From a bacterium HR35 (GTDB taxonomy: Bacteria > Patescibacteriota > Minisyncoccia > UBA6257 > HR35), in assembly GCA_002898235.1 (NCBI GenBank), contig BEIL01000002.1, positions 1 to 49,263 on the forward strand: DNA of 49,263 nucleotides, read 5' to 3'. Made by a program: the position numbers and the translations under genes. Positions within the stretch are counted from its first letter, which is position 1. Every line of letters begins with the position of its first letter. The notes beneath the pieces were generated by a model. The model was not told the DNA's origin, did not search any database, and saw only the letters and a list, made by a program, of their open reading frames with translations. Below, piece by piece: positions 19,182-29,170 of this stretch.

Positions 19182-19953
19182 TTTTTTAATTTATTCAATT
19201 TTTTGGCAAATAGTTTTTTCTAAAGATATTTTACTTTTTCCCGATATTGGGCAAGGTAAAAGTTTTATTTTGAAAGATTCCAGAGTAATTTTTATTTATG
19301 ATGTTGGCAAAGAAAACATAAAAATTATAAGAACCCTTCAAAAAGTTATGCCCTTTTACAGAAAAGATATTGACATTTTAATTATTTCCCATCCAGATAC
19401 TGACCATTATTTAGCTCTTAATTTTCTTGAGAAAAAATATAAAATAAGGAATCTTTTAATTAATCAAACTGCTTTAAAAGATTTTTACTTTTCTCAATTA
19501 GTTAATCAATTAAAAAACCAAGGAACAAAAATCGTTTTTTTAAAAGAAAAAGATAGAATAATCTTTAATGATACCTTAATTTTTGTTCTTCATCCAGATA
19601 AGGTTTATAAACAAGACAATAATAACTCTCTTGTAGTTTACGGAAAAATTAAAAATATTTCCTTTCTTTTAACCGGTGATATTGAAAAAATAGGAATTGA
19701 AGAAAACTTAATTAAATATTTAAAACTTCTAAAAGGAGTAACAATTTTAGATTATCCTCATCATGGCTCCCGTTTTTCTTTGGTTCATAATTTTTTTAAA
19801 GAACTTAATCCTAAAATAGTTGTCATTCAATCAGGTTTTAATAAATATGGTCATCCACATAAAGAAGTTCTTGATTTTTTTAAAAAAGAAAATAAAATTT
19901 TATGGTTAACTAATTTGAACGGTGACCTAATTTTAGATTTGGGTTATAATTAA
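19147..19953 (+). CDS. ComEC-associated metallo-beta-lactamase-fold protein
   Basis: DIGQG, SHPDTDH, NNNSLV, LTGD, PHHGS, YGHP. Confidence 0.9.
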   Translation: MKTLNLILLFANFLIYSIFWQIVFSKDILLFPDIGQGKSFILKDSRVIFIYDVGKENIKIIRTLQKVMPFYRKDIDILIISHPDTDHYLALNFLEKKYKIRNLLINQTALKDFYFSQLVNQLKNQGTKIVFLKEKDRIIFNDTLIFVLHPDKVYKQDNNNSLVVYGKIKNISFLLTGDIEKIGIEENLIKYLKLLKGVTILDYPHHGSRFSLVHNFFKELNPKIVVIQSGFNKYGHPHKEVLDFFKKENKILWLTNLNGDLILDLGYN

Positions 19954-19957
19954 ATAA

Positions 19958-20298
19958 GGGAAGAACAGCCAATCGCTGGGGTTTTAAAATCCCAGAGGAA
20001 AGTCCGGACACCCAAAAAGGAAAGCTCCGAAAGGAGCTGGGGCGAAAGCCCCAAGAAGGAGGCACAGAGACCATACTATCCAGCTTTTTAGCTGGAAAAA
20101 GGTGAAAAGAATGGGGGTGTCTAAAAAATCATTTTTAGGCTACCCCATTATCTTCTGAAGCAATTCAGAAGATTGTCTCCTTCTTTTCCGGGTGCAAGGC
20201 CGTGCCTGCTTTTAAGCAGGAGTGCCGCTTGTCCTCCTTAGTAATAAGGAGGCCAGACAGATGATTGGCTAAAACAGAATCCGGCTTACGTTCTTCCC
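19958..20298 (+). ncRNA. rnpB: RNase P RNA
   Basis: GAGGAAAGTCCGG and AACAGAATCCGGCTTA conserved regions; P1 GGGAAGAAC/GTTCTTCCC; TATAAT at 19945-19950. Confidence 0.95.
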
Positions 20299-20336
20299 TT
20301 TTTATTTTTTGTTATTAAAACTAATATTATAAAAAA

Positions 20337-21044
20337 ATGGCAGGACATTCCCATTGGGCCCAAATAAAAAGAAAGAAAGCAGTCCTTGATGTTAAAAAGA
20401 GTCAGCTTATAAGCAAATTGATTAATGCGATTACAGTTGCTGCTCGTGAAGGAAATAATCCAGAGACAAACCCAAAACTAAGAAATGCTATTGAAAGAGC
20501 TAAGGAATTTAAAGTTCCTTTAGAAAATATTGAAAGAGCAATTAAAAAGGCAGAAGATAAAAATTTAAATTTAGAAGAGGTTTGGTATGAAGCTTATTTT
20601 GAAGAAGTTTCTCTTTTAATTAAGGCAATTACAGATAATAAAAATAGAACCTTGGGTGAAATTAAACATGTTCTGAATAAGTTCAATGCTAAATTAGCTA
20701 CTCCGGGATCAGTTAAATGGAATTTTGAAGAAAAAGGAGTAGTTGAAATATCGAAAACGAATGAAGATAAGATTATTGGTTTTTTCGACCTTATTAGTGA
20801 TCTTCAAGAGAAAAATGAAAACATAATGTTAATTACTAGTGTAAAAAATCTGAATGAACTTAAAAACAAACTTTTAGAAGCAAAAATAGAAATTTTAGAT
20901 TCTTACATTGAATTTTTCCCATTAAATCCTATAGAAATTAAAGATAAAGCTAAACTTGAACAAATAACAAATTTAATTAATGAACTCTTAGAATTGGAAG
21001 ATGTCGATGAGGTATTTACTAATGTTAAAAATCTTGACTTTTAA
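20337..21044 (+). CDS. yebC: YebC/PmpR family protein
   Basis: MAGHSHWAQIKRKK, NPKLRNAI, TDNKNRT, EDVDEVFTN. Confidence 0.95.
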   Translation: MAGHSHWAQIKRKKAVLDVKKSQLISKLINAITVAAREGNNPETNPKLRNAIERAKEFKVPLENIERAIKKAEDKNLNLEEVWYEAYFEEVSLLIKAITDNKNRTLGEIKHVLNKFNAKLATPGSVKWNFEEKGVVEISKTNEDKIIGFFDLISDLQEKNENIMLITSVKNLNELKNKLLEAKIEILDSYIEFFPLNPIEIKDKAKLEQITNLINELLELEDVDEVFTNVKNLDF

Positions 21045-21103
21045 TAAAAAACACTTGAAAATTTTTAAATAAAACGGTCGTTAATTAGAGAAGAAAGAGA
21101 TTA

Positions 21104-21367
21104 ATGGTAAAAATTTTCTCACCCGATTTGGAAGAAATTTTAAGGATTTTGATGCAAGGAGATGAAGAAGAGGAAGAAGGAGGTTTGATTTTTGAAGGAC
21201 CAGAAGAAGAGGAACCAGAAGAAGAGGAAGAAGGAGATGAAGAAGAAGAGGAACCAGAAGAAGAGGAAGAAGGAGATGAAGAAGATTTAAGCTTTGAAGA
21301 AGAAGGTTGGGAAGAAGAACTAACCTTTGAAGAAGGCGAAGAAGATGAAGAAGAGGAAGAGTGGTAA
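21104..21367 (+). CDS. Extremely acidic 87-aa protein of unknown function
   Basis: ATG start, about 50 of 87 residues D/E, own terminator downstream. Confidence 0.7.
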   Translation: MVKIFSPDLEEILRILMQGDEEEEEGGLIFEGPEEEEPEEEEEGDEEEEEPEEEEEGDEEDLSFEEEGWEEELTFEEGEEDEEEEEW

Positions 21368-21396
21368 TTTTACAAAAAGTTAAAAATCTAAAACAC

Positions 21397-21423
21397 ACCC
21401 CCTCTTTTAAAAGAGGGGGTTTT
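21397..21423 (+). terminator. Intrinsic terminator
   Basis: Perfect 24-nt palindrome ACCCCCTCTTTTAAAAGAGGGGGT followed by Ts. Confidence 0.75.
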
Positions 21424-21440
21424 AATTTTAAAATAAAAAA

Positions 21441-21890
21441 ATGGAGATTTTAATTAAAAATTTAAAAGAAGCAAAAAAATTTTTTAAAAATTTAAAAAAC
21501 AAAATTATTTCTAAAAGAATAGTTCTTTTAATTGGTAATTTAGGAGCTGGAAAAACAACCTATGCTCAATTAATAGCTAAAGAATTCAAAATTAAAGAAC
21601 CTCTTCAAAGCCCAACTTTTATTCTTTGGCAAAAATACGAATTTAAATTCAAAAATAGAAAGTTTTATCTTAATCATTTAGACCTTTATCGAATTAATAA
21701 ACCCCAAGAAATTTTAAAACTTGATTTAAAAAATGAATTAAAGAAAAAAGAAAATATATTTTTGATTGAGTGGGGAGAAAAAATTGAAAAATATTTAAAA
21801 AGAAAAAAAATAAAGTTTTTAAAAGTCGAGATTAAAATTTTAAACAAAGATCAAAGATTGCTTGAATTAAATGAAAGTAGTTTTAATTGA
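21441..21890 (+). CDS. tsaE: tRNA t6A biosynthesis ATPase TsaE
   Basis: GNLGAGKTT, QSPTFIL, HLDLYRI, LIEWGE. Confidence 0.95.
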   Translation: MEILIKNLKEAKKFFKNLKNKIISKRIVLLIGNLGAGKTTYAQLIAKEFKIKEPLQSPTFILWQKYEFKFKNRKFYLNHLDLYRINKPQEILKLDLKNELKKKENIFLIEWGEKIEKYLKRKKIKFLKVEIKILNKDQRLLELNESSFN

Positions 21891-24387
21891 CGCCAACGCT
21901 CTTCTTCATCGAGTTTATCATGCTCTTCCTAGATTGACAGATTTTCAAGGAAGGCCAACTAATGCTCTTTATGGTTTAGCTAATATTTTACTTAAATTTT
22001 TAAAAGAATATAAGCCAGATTATATTTTTGCTCTTTACGATAGACCAGAACCAACTCTAAGACATCAAGTTTTTAAGGATTATAAAGCTCAAAGACCAAA
22101 AGCTCCAGATGATTTAAGAATCCAAATTAATCTTTCTAAAAAAATATTTTTAGCCTTTGACATTCCGATAATTGAAAAACCTGGTTATGAAGCTGATGAC
22201 TTAATAGCTACTCTTAAGAAAATTTTTCAAACAAAGGCTCAAGAAATTTTAATTTTGACAGGCGATCTTGATACTCTTCAGTTAGTTGATGAAAAAACAA
22301 AAATTTTAACAATGAAAAAAGGCATTTCTGAGCTCCAAATTTACGATTCTCTAGCAGTCAAAAATAAATTTGGGATTTTACCTCAACAGATACCAGATTT
22401 TAAAGCCCTAGTAGGTGATAAATCAGATAATATTCCTGGGGTGCCTGGAATTGGTCCTAAAACTGCAGCTCTTTTGCTTAATAAATACCAAACATTAGAA
22501 AATTTATTTGAAGCTACAGAAAAAGAAAAAATTGATCCACTTTTAAAAAATAAAATCTTTAATCTTAAAGATAAACTGCTTTTTTTTAAAAATTTAGTAA
22601 TTTTAAAAGATGATATTGAGTTAAATTTTAATCCTGAAGATTTAAAATATAGCGGTTATAAAGAAGAAAAATTAATTGAAGTCTTTAAAGAATTTGATTT
22701 TCGCTCTCTTATTCAGAGATTAACTAAAACTACACTTTTTTCTTTCAAGCCCCAGGATCAACCAATCGATTTTGCTTTTGAAAAAGGAGAAATTGAAAAT
22801 CTAAAATCTCCCTTCTTTTTTGAATTAGCTAAAGAAAAAATAAATGTTTTCGACGGAGAAAAATTAAAAATATTTACGCTAAATGATTTAGAAAAAATCC
22901 TTCTTCTTCCTCATCAAAAAATCTGTTATGATTTTAAAGAAATTATTAAAGTTTTGCTTAAAAACGATTTTTATTTTGATAAAAAAATAAATTTAGAAAC
23001 AATTTTTGATTTTAAACTTGTTTTTTGGCTTCTAAATTCAGATAAAGGCGATTTTAGTTTAGAAGAAATTTTAGATTTTTACTTAAAAAATAATTCAAAT
23101 TATTATCAAAAAATATTAACGGTTTATCAAATTTTAGTTAATGAATTAAAAGAAAAAGAACTTTTAAATCTTTATCGTGATTTAGAAATTAAAATTTCAC
23201 CAATTTTAGCCAGAATGGAATTAAGAGGAATAAAAGTTGATTTTGAAAAGCTAACAACTTTTAAAAAATTTTTAACAATTAAAATTGATTCTTTAAAAGA
23301 AGAAATTTATAAGCTAGCCCAAAGAAGATTTAATCTTAATTCTCCTCAAGAATTAAGCTATGTTTTGTTTACTGTTTTAAAATTGCCGACAAAATATATA
23401 GCTAAAACAAAAACAGGCATTTTTTCAACTCAAGAAAGCGAATTATTAAAATTAATAAATGTCCATCCAATTATCGAAAAAATTTTAGAATACCGAGAGT
23501 TAGGGAAACTTTTAAAAACTTATACTGAAGGATTTTTAAAGTTTGTTGATCCTAAAGAAAAGAGAGTTTATACTATTTTTAATCAAACAAAAGCAGCTAC
23601 TGGAAGAATTATTTCTGAAAAACCAAATCTCCAAAATTTACCTTTAAGAGGTGAGTTGGCAAAAAATTTTAGAGAAATTTTTGTTAGTCAAGACAATTTT
23701 GTTTTTGTTGGAGCTGATTATTCACAAATTGAATTAAGAATTTTAGCCTATCTTTCTCAAGATGAAGGTTTAATTTTGGCTTTTAAAAATGACTGGGATA
23801 TTCATAGCGAAGTAGCTAAATATCTCTTTGGTGAAATTAATGAGGAAACAAGAAGAAAAGCAAAGATAGTTAATTTTGGTATAGTTTATGGAATTTCGGC
23901 TAAAGGTTTAGCTGAAAGATTGAGAATAAATTTAACCGAAGCTCGAAAAATAATCGAAAGATTTTTTAGTTTTTACCCCAAAGTTAAAGAATATCAAGAA
24001 AAAACTTTAGAATTTGCTAGAAAAAATGGTTATGTAGAGACTCTTTTAGGAAGAAAAAGATTTTTGCCAGAAATTAATACCCTAAGTTATCGAGAAAAAA
24101 CCGAAGTGGAAAGAATAGCGATTAATATGCCAATTCAAGGATTGGGAGCTGATATTTTAAAGAAATCAATGATTGAGATTGAAAAAATGATTTTAGAAAA
24201 AGAATGGCAAAATAAAGCTTTTTTTGTTTTAACTATTCATGATGAAATAATTTTTGAAGTAGCTGAAGAAATTAAAGAAGAATTTAAGGTTATAATAAAA
24301 GAAATAATGGAAAATGTTTTAACTTTAGGAGTTCCTCTTAAGGTTAATATTCGCGAAGGAAAAAATTTAGCTGATTTAATTAAATGA
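21871..24387 (+). CDS. polA: DNA polymerase I
   Basis: 5'-3' exonuclease (YEADD, TGDLD, GDKSDNIPGVPGIG); motifs A DYSQIELR, B RRKAKIVNFGIVYG, C IHDE. Confidence 0.97.
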   Translation: MKVVLIDANALLHRVYHALPRLTDFQGRPTNALYGLANILLKFLKEYKPDYIFALYDRPEPTLRHQVFKDYKAQRPKAPDDLRIQINLSKKIFLAFDIPIIEKPGYEADDLIATLKKIFQTKAQEILILTGDLDTLQLVDEKTKILTMKKGISELQIYDSLAVKNKFGILPQQIPDFKALVGDKSDNIPGVPGIGPKTAALLLNKYQTLENLFEATEKEKIDPLLKNKIFNLKDKLLFFKNLVILKDDIELNFNPEDLKYSGYKEEKLIEVFKEFDFRSLIQRLTKTTLFSFKPQDQPIDFAFEKGEIENLKSPFFFELAKEKINVFDGEKLKIFTLNDLEKILLLPHQKICYDFKEIIKVLLKNDFYFDKKINLETIFDFKLVFWLLNSDKGDFSLEEILDFYLKNNSNYYQKILTVYQILVNELKEKELLNLYRDLEIKISPILARMELRGIKVDFEKLTTFKKFLTIKIDSLKEEIYKLAQRRFNLNSPQELSYVLFTVLKLPTKYIAKTKTGIFSTQESELLKLINVHPIIEKILEYRELGKLLKTYTEGFLKFVDPKEKRVYTIFNQTKAATGRIISEKPNLQNLPLRGELAKNFREIFVSQDNFVFVGADYSQIELRILAYLSQDEGLILAFKNDWDIHSEVAKYLFGEINEETRRKAKIVNFGIVYGISAKGLAERLRINLTEARKIIERFFSFYPKVKEYQEKTLEFARKNGYVETLLGRKRFLPEINTLSYREKTEVERIAINMPIQGLGADILKKSMIEIEKMILEKEWQNKAFFVLTIHDEIIFEVAEEIKEEFKVIIKEIMENVLTLGVPLKVNIREGKNLADLIK

Positions 24388-25673
24388 ATCTATTTAAAAA
24401 TCTTTTAGAAAAACTTAAAAAACAGGTAAATATTTATTTTTCAGGATTTTTTCTTTTTCTTTTAATTATTGGACTTTTGATAAGCGATTTTAATTTTCTT
24501 AAAATTTATCTTTTTATTTTGATTTTAATTTTTTTTAATTTTTTAGGTTATCAATTTTATCTTATTAGAAAACCTTCAAAAGAAAAATCTATTTTTCCAA
24601 TTTTGACAAACATCTTGGAAAATCTCCAAGAAGGAATAGTTTTTTACGACGAAAATTTAAAAATTATTTACGCTAATAAAAAATTTGCTGAAATAGTCAA
24701 GTTGAAAAAAGAAGATTTGGAAAAATTAGAGATTGGACAATGGATGCTTAAAAATAAAACTTATGAAATTTTGGGAAATATTTTTTTCCCTTTTATTAAT
24801 GGCGAAGAAATAAAAATAATATCCGAAAAGCCTTTTGAAATAATTGAAGTAAGTTTTAAATTTCCAGAAGAAAAATATTACACCGTTGGCTATTGGGAGG
24901 CCGAAATTGAAAATAAAAAAACTAAAATAAGATTAGTCATTGATAGAACTAAAGATGTAATTGAAAGCCAAAAAAGAATGGAGTTTATTCAATTAGTAAG
25001 CCACAATCTTTTATCTCCTTTATCTGAAATAAGGTGGTTACTAGAATCGATAGACGAAGAATCTCTAAATGAGGAAAACAAAAAAATTATTAGCGATGTT
25101 TTAGAAATTGTTAGAAATTCTATTGTTTTTTCTCAAAATATTCTGACTTTTGTTAGAGCAGAAAAAGGAGTTCTTAGTTTGAATATTAACGAATTTAACT
25201 TAGAAGAGCTTTTAAAGAAGATTCTTCTTTCTTTTCAAAAAAGAATTAAAGAAAATAATTTAAAAATTGAAGCTGAAATTTATGAAAAAGCTAAAAATTT
25301 GATTGGCGATGAAACTCTTATTTTCTTAGCCCTATTTTCTCTAATTGAAAATGCAATTGTCTATAATAAAACTGGTGGTTTAGTTAAAATCACTGCTCAA
25401 AAGGTTGAAGGCAGACCTTATGCAGAAATAATTATTGAAGATACCGGTATAGGTATGTCGCCCGAGGTTTTAGAGAATTTATTTAAACCATATTTCCGAG
25501 GAGAAAAGGCTAAAGAAAAAGAAGTTGGCGGATTTGGGATTGGTCTTTATTTGGCTAAAAAAATTATCGATCTTCATGGAGGAGAAATAAAAGTTTTTTC
25601 AGAAGAAAATAAGGGAACAAAGGTAGTTGTTACTTTACCTTTAGAAAAATCACTTATTCCTGGTATAATTTAA
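24384..25673 (+). CDS. Membrane sensor histidine kinase (PAS, HisKA, HATPase)
   Basis: Two TMs, PAS-like region, VSHNLLSPL, ENAIVYN, DTGIG, GFGIGL. Confidence 0.9.
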   Translation: MNLFKNLLEKLKKQVNIYFSGFFLFLLIIGLLISDFNFLKIYLFILILIFFNFLGYQFYLIRKPSKEKSIFPILTNILENLQEGIVFYDENLKIIYANKKFAEIVKLKKEDLEKLEIGQWMLKNKTYEILGNIFFPFINGEEIKIISEKPFEIIEVSFKFPEEKYYTVGYWEAEIENKKTKIRLVIDRTKDVIESQKRMEFIQLVSHNLLSPLSEIRWLLESIDEESLNEENKKIISDVLEIVRNSIVFSQNILTFVRAEKGVLSLNINEFNLEELLKKILLSFQKRIKENNLKIEAEIYEKAKNLIGDETLIFLALFSLIENAIVYNKTGGLVKITAQKVEGRPYAEIIIEDTGIGMSPEVLENLFKPYFRGEKAKEKEVGGFGIGLYLAKKIIDLHGGEIKVFSEENKGTKVVVTLPLEKSLIPGII

Positions 25674-25680
25674 AAATATA

Positions 25681-27126
25681 ATGCTCAAACCTCGAGTAAG
25701 ATTTGCTCCTTCGCCAACCGGCAAACTTCATTTAGGAAGTGCTCGAACGGCTCTTTTTAATTTTCTTTTTGCTCGCTCTCAAAAAGGAGTCTTTCTTCTA
25801 AGAATAGATGATACTGATAAAATCCGTTCTAAAAAAGAATATGAAGAAGATATTTTAGATAGTTTGAATTGGCTAGGCTTATATTCCGATGAAGAAATTG
25901 TTCGTCAAAGCGAAAGGCTTGATCTTTATGAAAAAATAATTAAAGCTCTTTTAGATAAAGGCTATGCTTATTATTGTTTTTGTTCTAAAGAAGAATTAGA
26001 AGCTCGAAGACAAGAACAATTAACTCGAGGAGAAGTTCCTCGCTATTCAGGCAAATGTCGTCAGCTTACTTCTCAAGAAGTTAATCAAAAATTAGCTAAA
26101 GGAGAAAAGTACGTTATTAGGCTTAAAGTACCAGAAAAGAAAATTACTTATAAAGATTTTTTGAGAGGAGAAATTCCTTATGATTTTCGCTTATTAGGTG
26201 ATTTTGTTATAGCTAAAAATGAAAGAGAACCTCTCTATCTTTTAACTTCTCCAATTGATGATCATTATCAAGGAATAACCCATGTTATTCGAGGAGAAGA
26301 TCATTTGCCTAACACTCCTAAGCAACTTTTGATTTTTAAATATCTAGAATGGGAACCACCAATTTTTGTTCATTTGCCCCTTATTTTAGGCCCTGATGGT
26401 AGTAAGCTTTCTAAAAGACATGGAGCTAAAAGTATAAGCGAATATCGAGAAGCTGGTTTCTTGCCAGAAGCTTTGATTAATTTTTTAGCTCTTTTAGGTT
26501 GGCATCCCGAAGGAGATCGAGAAATTATTACTCTCGAAGAAATGATTCGAGAATTTAAATTAGAGAAACTTAACAAAACCCCAGCTCGCTTTAATTTTTC
26601 TAAATTAATTTTCTTCAATCGTTATTATCTTAAACAAAAACCGAATAACGATTTACTTCAATTGCTTGATTTTTCAAACTATGGCAATTGGCAGAATGAT
26701 AATTTTTTAGCTCTTAATGGTCTGAATTATTCTCGAGAAAAAATTTTAAAAATTATTAATCTCGGCAAAGAAAGAGCTTCGGTTGTTAATGAAATTTTGT
26801 TGACTGTTGATTTTTTCTTTAAAGATTTTGATTATGATAAAAACCTTCTTTTATGGAAAAATTCCTCTTTTGAGGAAATAAAAATCAACCTTCAAGCAAT
26901 TGAAAACGAGTTTAGAAAATTAAAAGAAGAAGAATTTAAAAGTGAAAAACTGAAACAGATATTGGATAACTTAGCTGGTGAAAATAAAGGACCAGTTTTT
27001 TGGCCTTTAAGAGTAGCCCTTTCGGGGAAAGAAGCTTCGCCTCCACCATTTGAATTAGCTGAAGTTTTTGGTAAAGAAAAAACCTTGGAGTTGATTAATA
27101 AAGCTCTAAAAAAATTAGGCGATTAA
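25681..27126 (+). CDS. gltX: Glutamate--tRNA ligase
   Basis: RFAPSPTG, HLGS, IRGEDH, KLSKR. Confidence 0.97.
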   Translation: MLKPRVRFAPSPTGKLHLGSARTALFNFLFARSQKGVFLLRIDDTDKIRSKKEYEEDILDSLNWLGLYSDEEIVRQSERLDLYEKIIKALLDKGYAYYCFCSKEELEARRQEQLTRGEVPRYSGKCRQLTSQEVNQKLAKGEKYVIRLKVPEKKITYKDFLRGEIPYDFRLLGDFVIAKNEREPLYLLTSPIDDHYQGITHVIRGEDHLPNTPKQLLIFKYLEWEPPIFVHLPLILGPDGSKLSKRHGAKSISEYREAGFLPEALINFLALLGWHPEGDREIITLEEMIREFKLEKLNKTPARFNFSKLIFFNRYYLKQKPNNDLLQLLDFSNYGNWQNDNFLALNGLNYSREKILKIINLGKERASVVNEILLTVDFFFKDFDYDKNLLLWKNSSFEEIKINLQAIENEFRKLKEEEFKSEKLKQILDNLAGENKGPVFWPLRVALSGKEASPPPFELAEVFGKEKTLELINKALKKLGD

Positions 27127-27128
27127 TA

Positions 27129-27365
27129 ATGATTAAAAAATTTTTTGATTTAACTTTAAAAATCGTTATTTTTCTTCTCCTAATAGCTCTTTTGCCAAAG
27201 GATTTTCTTTTGGATTTAAAGACAAAAATAGATTCCCTAGGATTAATAAAAATTTTAAAAACTGGCTTAGCTAATTTTTTTAATTTTGTTAAAAATTATA
27301 ATCTTTTTAATTTAAATCAATTTTTAGCTTTAATTTATAACTATTTAAAAAATTTGTTAAAATAA
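27129..27365 (+). CDS. Small hypothetical membrane-associated protein
   Basis: 78-aa ORF filling the gltX-glmS gap, hydrophobic N-terminus. Confidence 0.55.
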   Translation: MIKKFFDLTLKIVIFLLLIALLPKDFLLDLKTKIDSLGLIKILKTGLANFFNFVKNYNLFNLNQFLALIYNYLKNLLK

Positions 27366-27372
27366 TTTTCTT

Positions 27373-29169
27373 ATGTGTGGCATTATTGGTTATTTGGGCA
27401 ATAAAAAAGCTTTAGAAATTTTACTTGATGGCTTAGAAAAATTAGAATATCGAGGTTATGATTCTTGTGGTTTAGTTATTTTTAATTCTTCACAAAATTA
27501 TTATCTTCAAAAAACAGTTGGTTCAACAAAAGCATTAAGAGAAAAAATAAAAAGCTTATTTGAAGGAAATTGGGGAATTGCTCATACTCGTTGGGCTACC
27601 CACGGAGGAGTAACAGATTTTAATGCTCATCCTCATTATGATTGTCGACAAGAAATTTTTGTTGTTCATAACGGAATAATTGAAAATTTTAAAGAAATTA
27701 AACAAAGGCTTTTAGAAAAAGGACATAAATTTTCTTCAGAAACTGATACTGAAGTTTTCGCCCATTTAGTTGAAGATTATTTGAAATTAGAAAAATCTTT
27801 GGAGGAAGCAGTTAAAAAGGCGATTAAAGAAATTGAAGGTACGTTTGCTTTCTTGGTTGTCAGCAAAAATGAGCCGGAGAAAATTATCGGCATAAAAAAA
27901 TCAAGTCCTTTAATTTTAGGAGTGGGCAAAAACGAATTTCTTTTAGCCTCAGATCCAACACCCATTTCTTTTTTGACAAAAAATGTAGTTTATTTAGATG
28001 ATTATGATATGGTGATTTTAAAAAAAGATGGTTTTCAAATCTTTTCTCTTAAAGAAAATAAATATAAAAAGCCGAAAATAAATTCTATTGATTGGGAAAT
28101 AAAAACTGAACAAAATAATATTTTTGAGCATTATATGTTGAAAGAAATTTTTGAAGAAGCAAAAGCATTTGGTGAGACTATCAAAGACAAAATTCAAGAA
28201 AAAAAAGTTATTTTTGAAGAACTAAATGGTTTAAAAATAGAAAGAATTAATAAAATAATATTGACTGGTTGCGGAACAGCTTATTATGCTTGTCTTTACG
28301 GCAAATATCTTTTCGAAGATTATTTGGAAAAAGAAACTCGAGCAGAAATTGCTTCCGAATTAAGATACGAAAATTATTCTTATGATAAAAAAACTCTTTT
28401 TATCTGCATTAGCCAATCAGGAGAAACTATTGACACCCTAGAAGCTCTAAAAATAGCTAAAGAAAAAGGAGCAATTACGGTTGGCATAATTAATGTTCCT
28501 GGTTCTTCGATGACTAGAATTGTTGATTATTTAATCTTAACTAAAGCTGGTCCAGAGCTTGCTGTTGCTTCAACTAAAGCTTTTATTTCCCAATTATCCA
28601 TTCTTTATCTTTTAGCTTTTTATTTTGCCAAAAATAAAAACCCCGATTATCTTTACGAATTTTTAAGTTTAAAGAACAAAATTGAAGAAATGCTAGCTAA
28701 AAAAGAAGAAATTGAAAGTTTGGCTAAAAATTTAATTGATTTTAAAAATTTCTATTATTTAGGAAGAAAGTATGAATATCCAATTGCTCTTGAAGGAGCT
28801 CTAAAGCTTAAAGAAATTGCTTATGTTCATGCTGAAGGTTATCCGGCCGGAGAAATGAAGCATGGTCCTATCGCTTTAATTGATAAAGATTTTCCTACAA
28901 TAGTTTTAGCTCCTCAAGATTCTCTTTTCGAAAAATCTATTTCTAATTTAGAAGAAATCAAAGCAAGGAAAGGAAAAGTAGTTTTAATTTCTGATTCAGA
29001 AAAAGATTTTGAAGTTTATTCTCAAATTAAAATTCCTCAAACCAAAGAAGAATTTTATCCCTTTTTAATCACCCCCTTAATTCATCTTTTTGCTTATTTT
29101 TTTGCCAAGCATTTAAAAAGAGAAATAGATAGACCTCGAAATTTAGCTAAGTCAGTTACAGTTGAATAA
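27373..29169 (+). CDS. glmS: Glutamine--fructose-6-phosphate transaminase
   Basis: MCGIIG, LEYRGYDS, HTRWATHG, SQSGET, PRNLAKSVTVE. Confidence 0.98.
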   Translation: MCGIIGYLGNKKALEILLDGLEKLEYRGYDSCGLVIFNSSQNYYLQKTVGSTKALREKIKSLFEGNWGIAHTRWATHGGVTDFNAHPHYDCRQEIFVVHNGIIENFKEIKQRLLEKGHKFSSETDTEVFAHLVEDYLKLEKSLEEAVKKAIKEIEGTFAFLVVSKNEPEKIIGIKKSSPLILGVGKNEFLLASDPTPISFLTKNVVYLDDYDMVILKKDGFQIFSLKENKYKKPKINSIDWEIKTEQNNIFEHYMLKEIFEEAKAFGETIKDKIQEKKVIFEELNGLKIERINKIILTGCGTAYYACLYGKYLFEDYLEKETRAEIASELRYENYSYDKKTLFICISQSGETIDTLEALKIAKEKGAITVGIINVPGSSMTRIVDYLILTKAGPELAVASTKAFISQLSILYLLAFYFAKNKNPDYLYEFLSLKNKIEEMLAKKEEIESLAKNLIDFKNFYYLGRKYEYPIALEGALKLKEIAYVHAEGYPAGEMKHGPIALIDKDFPTIVLAPQDSLFEKSISNLEEIKARKGKVVLISDSEKDFEVYSQIKIPQTKEEFYPFLITPLIHLFAYFFAKHLKREIDRPRNLAKSVTVE

Positions 29170-29170
29170 A

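Noticed and set aside
17994-19953. Split comEC as a frameshifted pseudogene
   Set aside because: Both parts have intact motifs and the second has its own start and hydrophobic N-terminus; separate ComEC and MBL genes are common
21081-21398. Leu-rich 105-aa minus-strand ORF
   Set aside because: Antisense reading of GAA-rich codons of the acidic protein; the terminator orientation favours the plus strand
287-27965. Short antisense ORFs at 287, 3224, 16119, 26370 and 27777
   Set aside because: Fully nested opposite longer, better-supported genes, with no motifs
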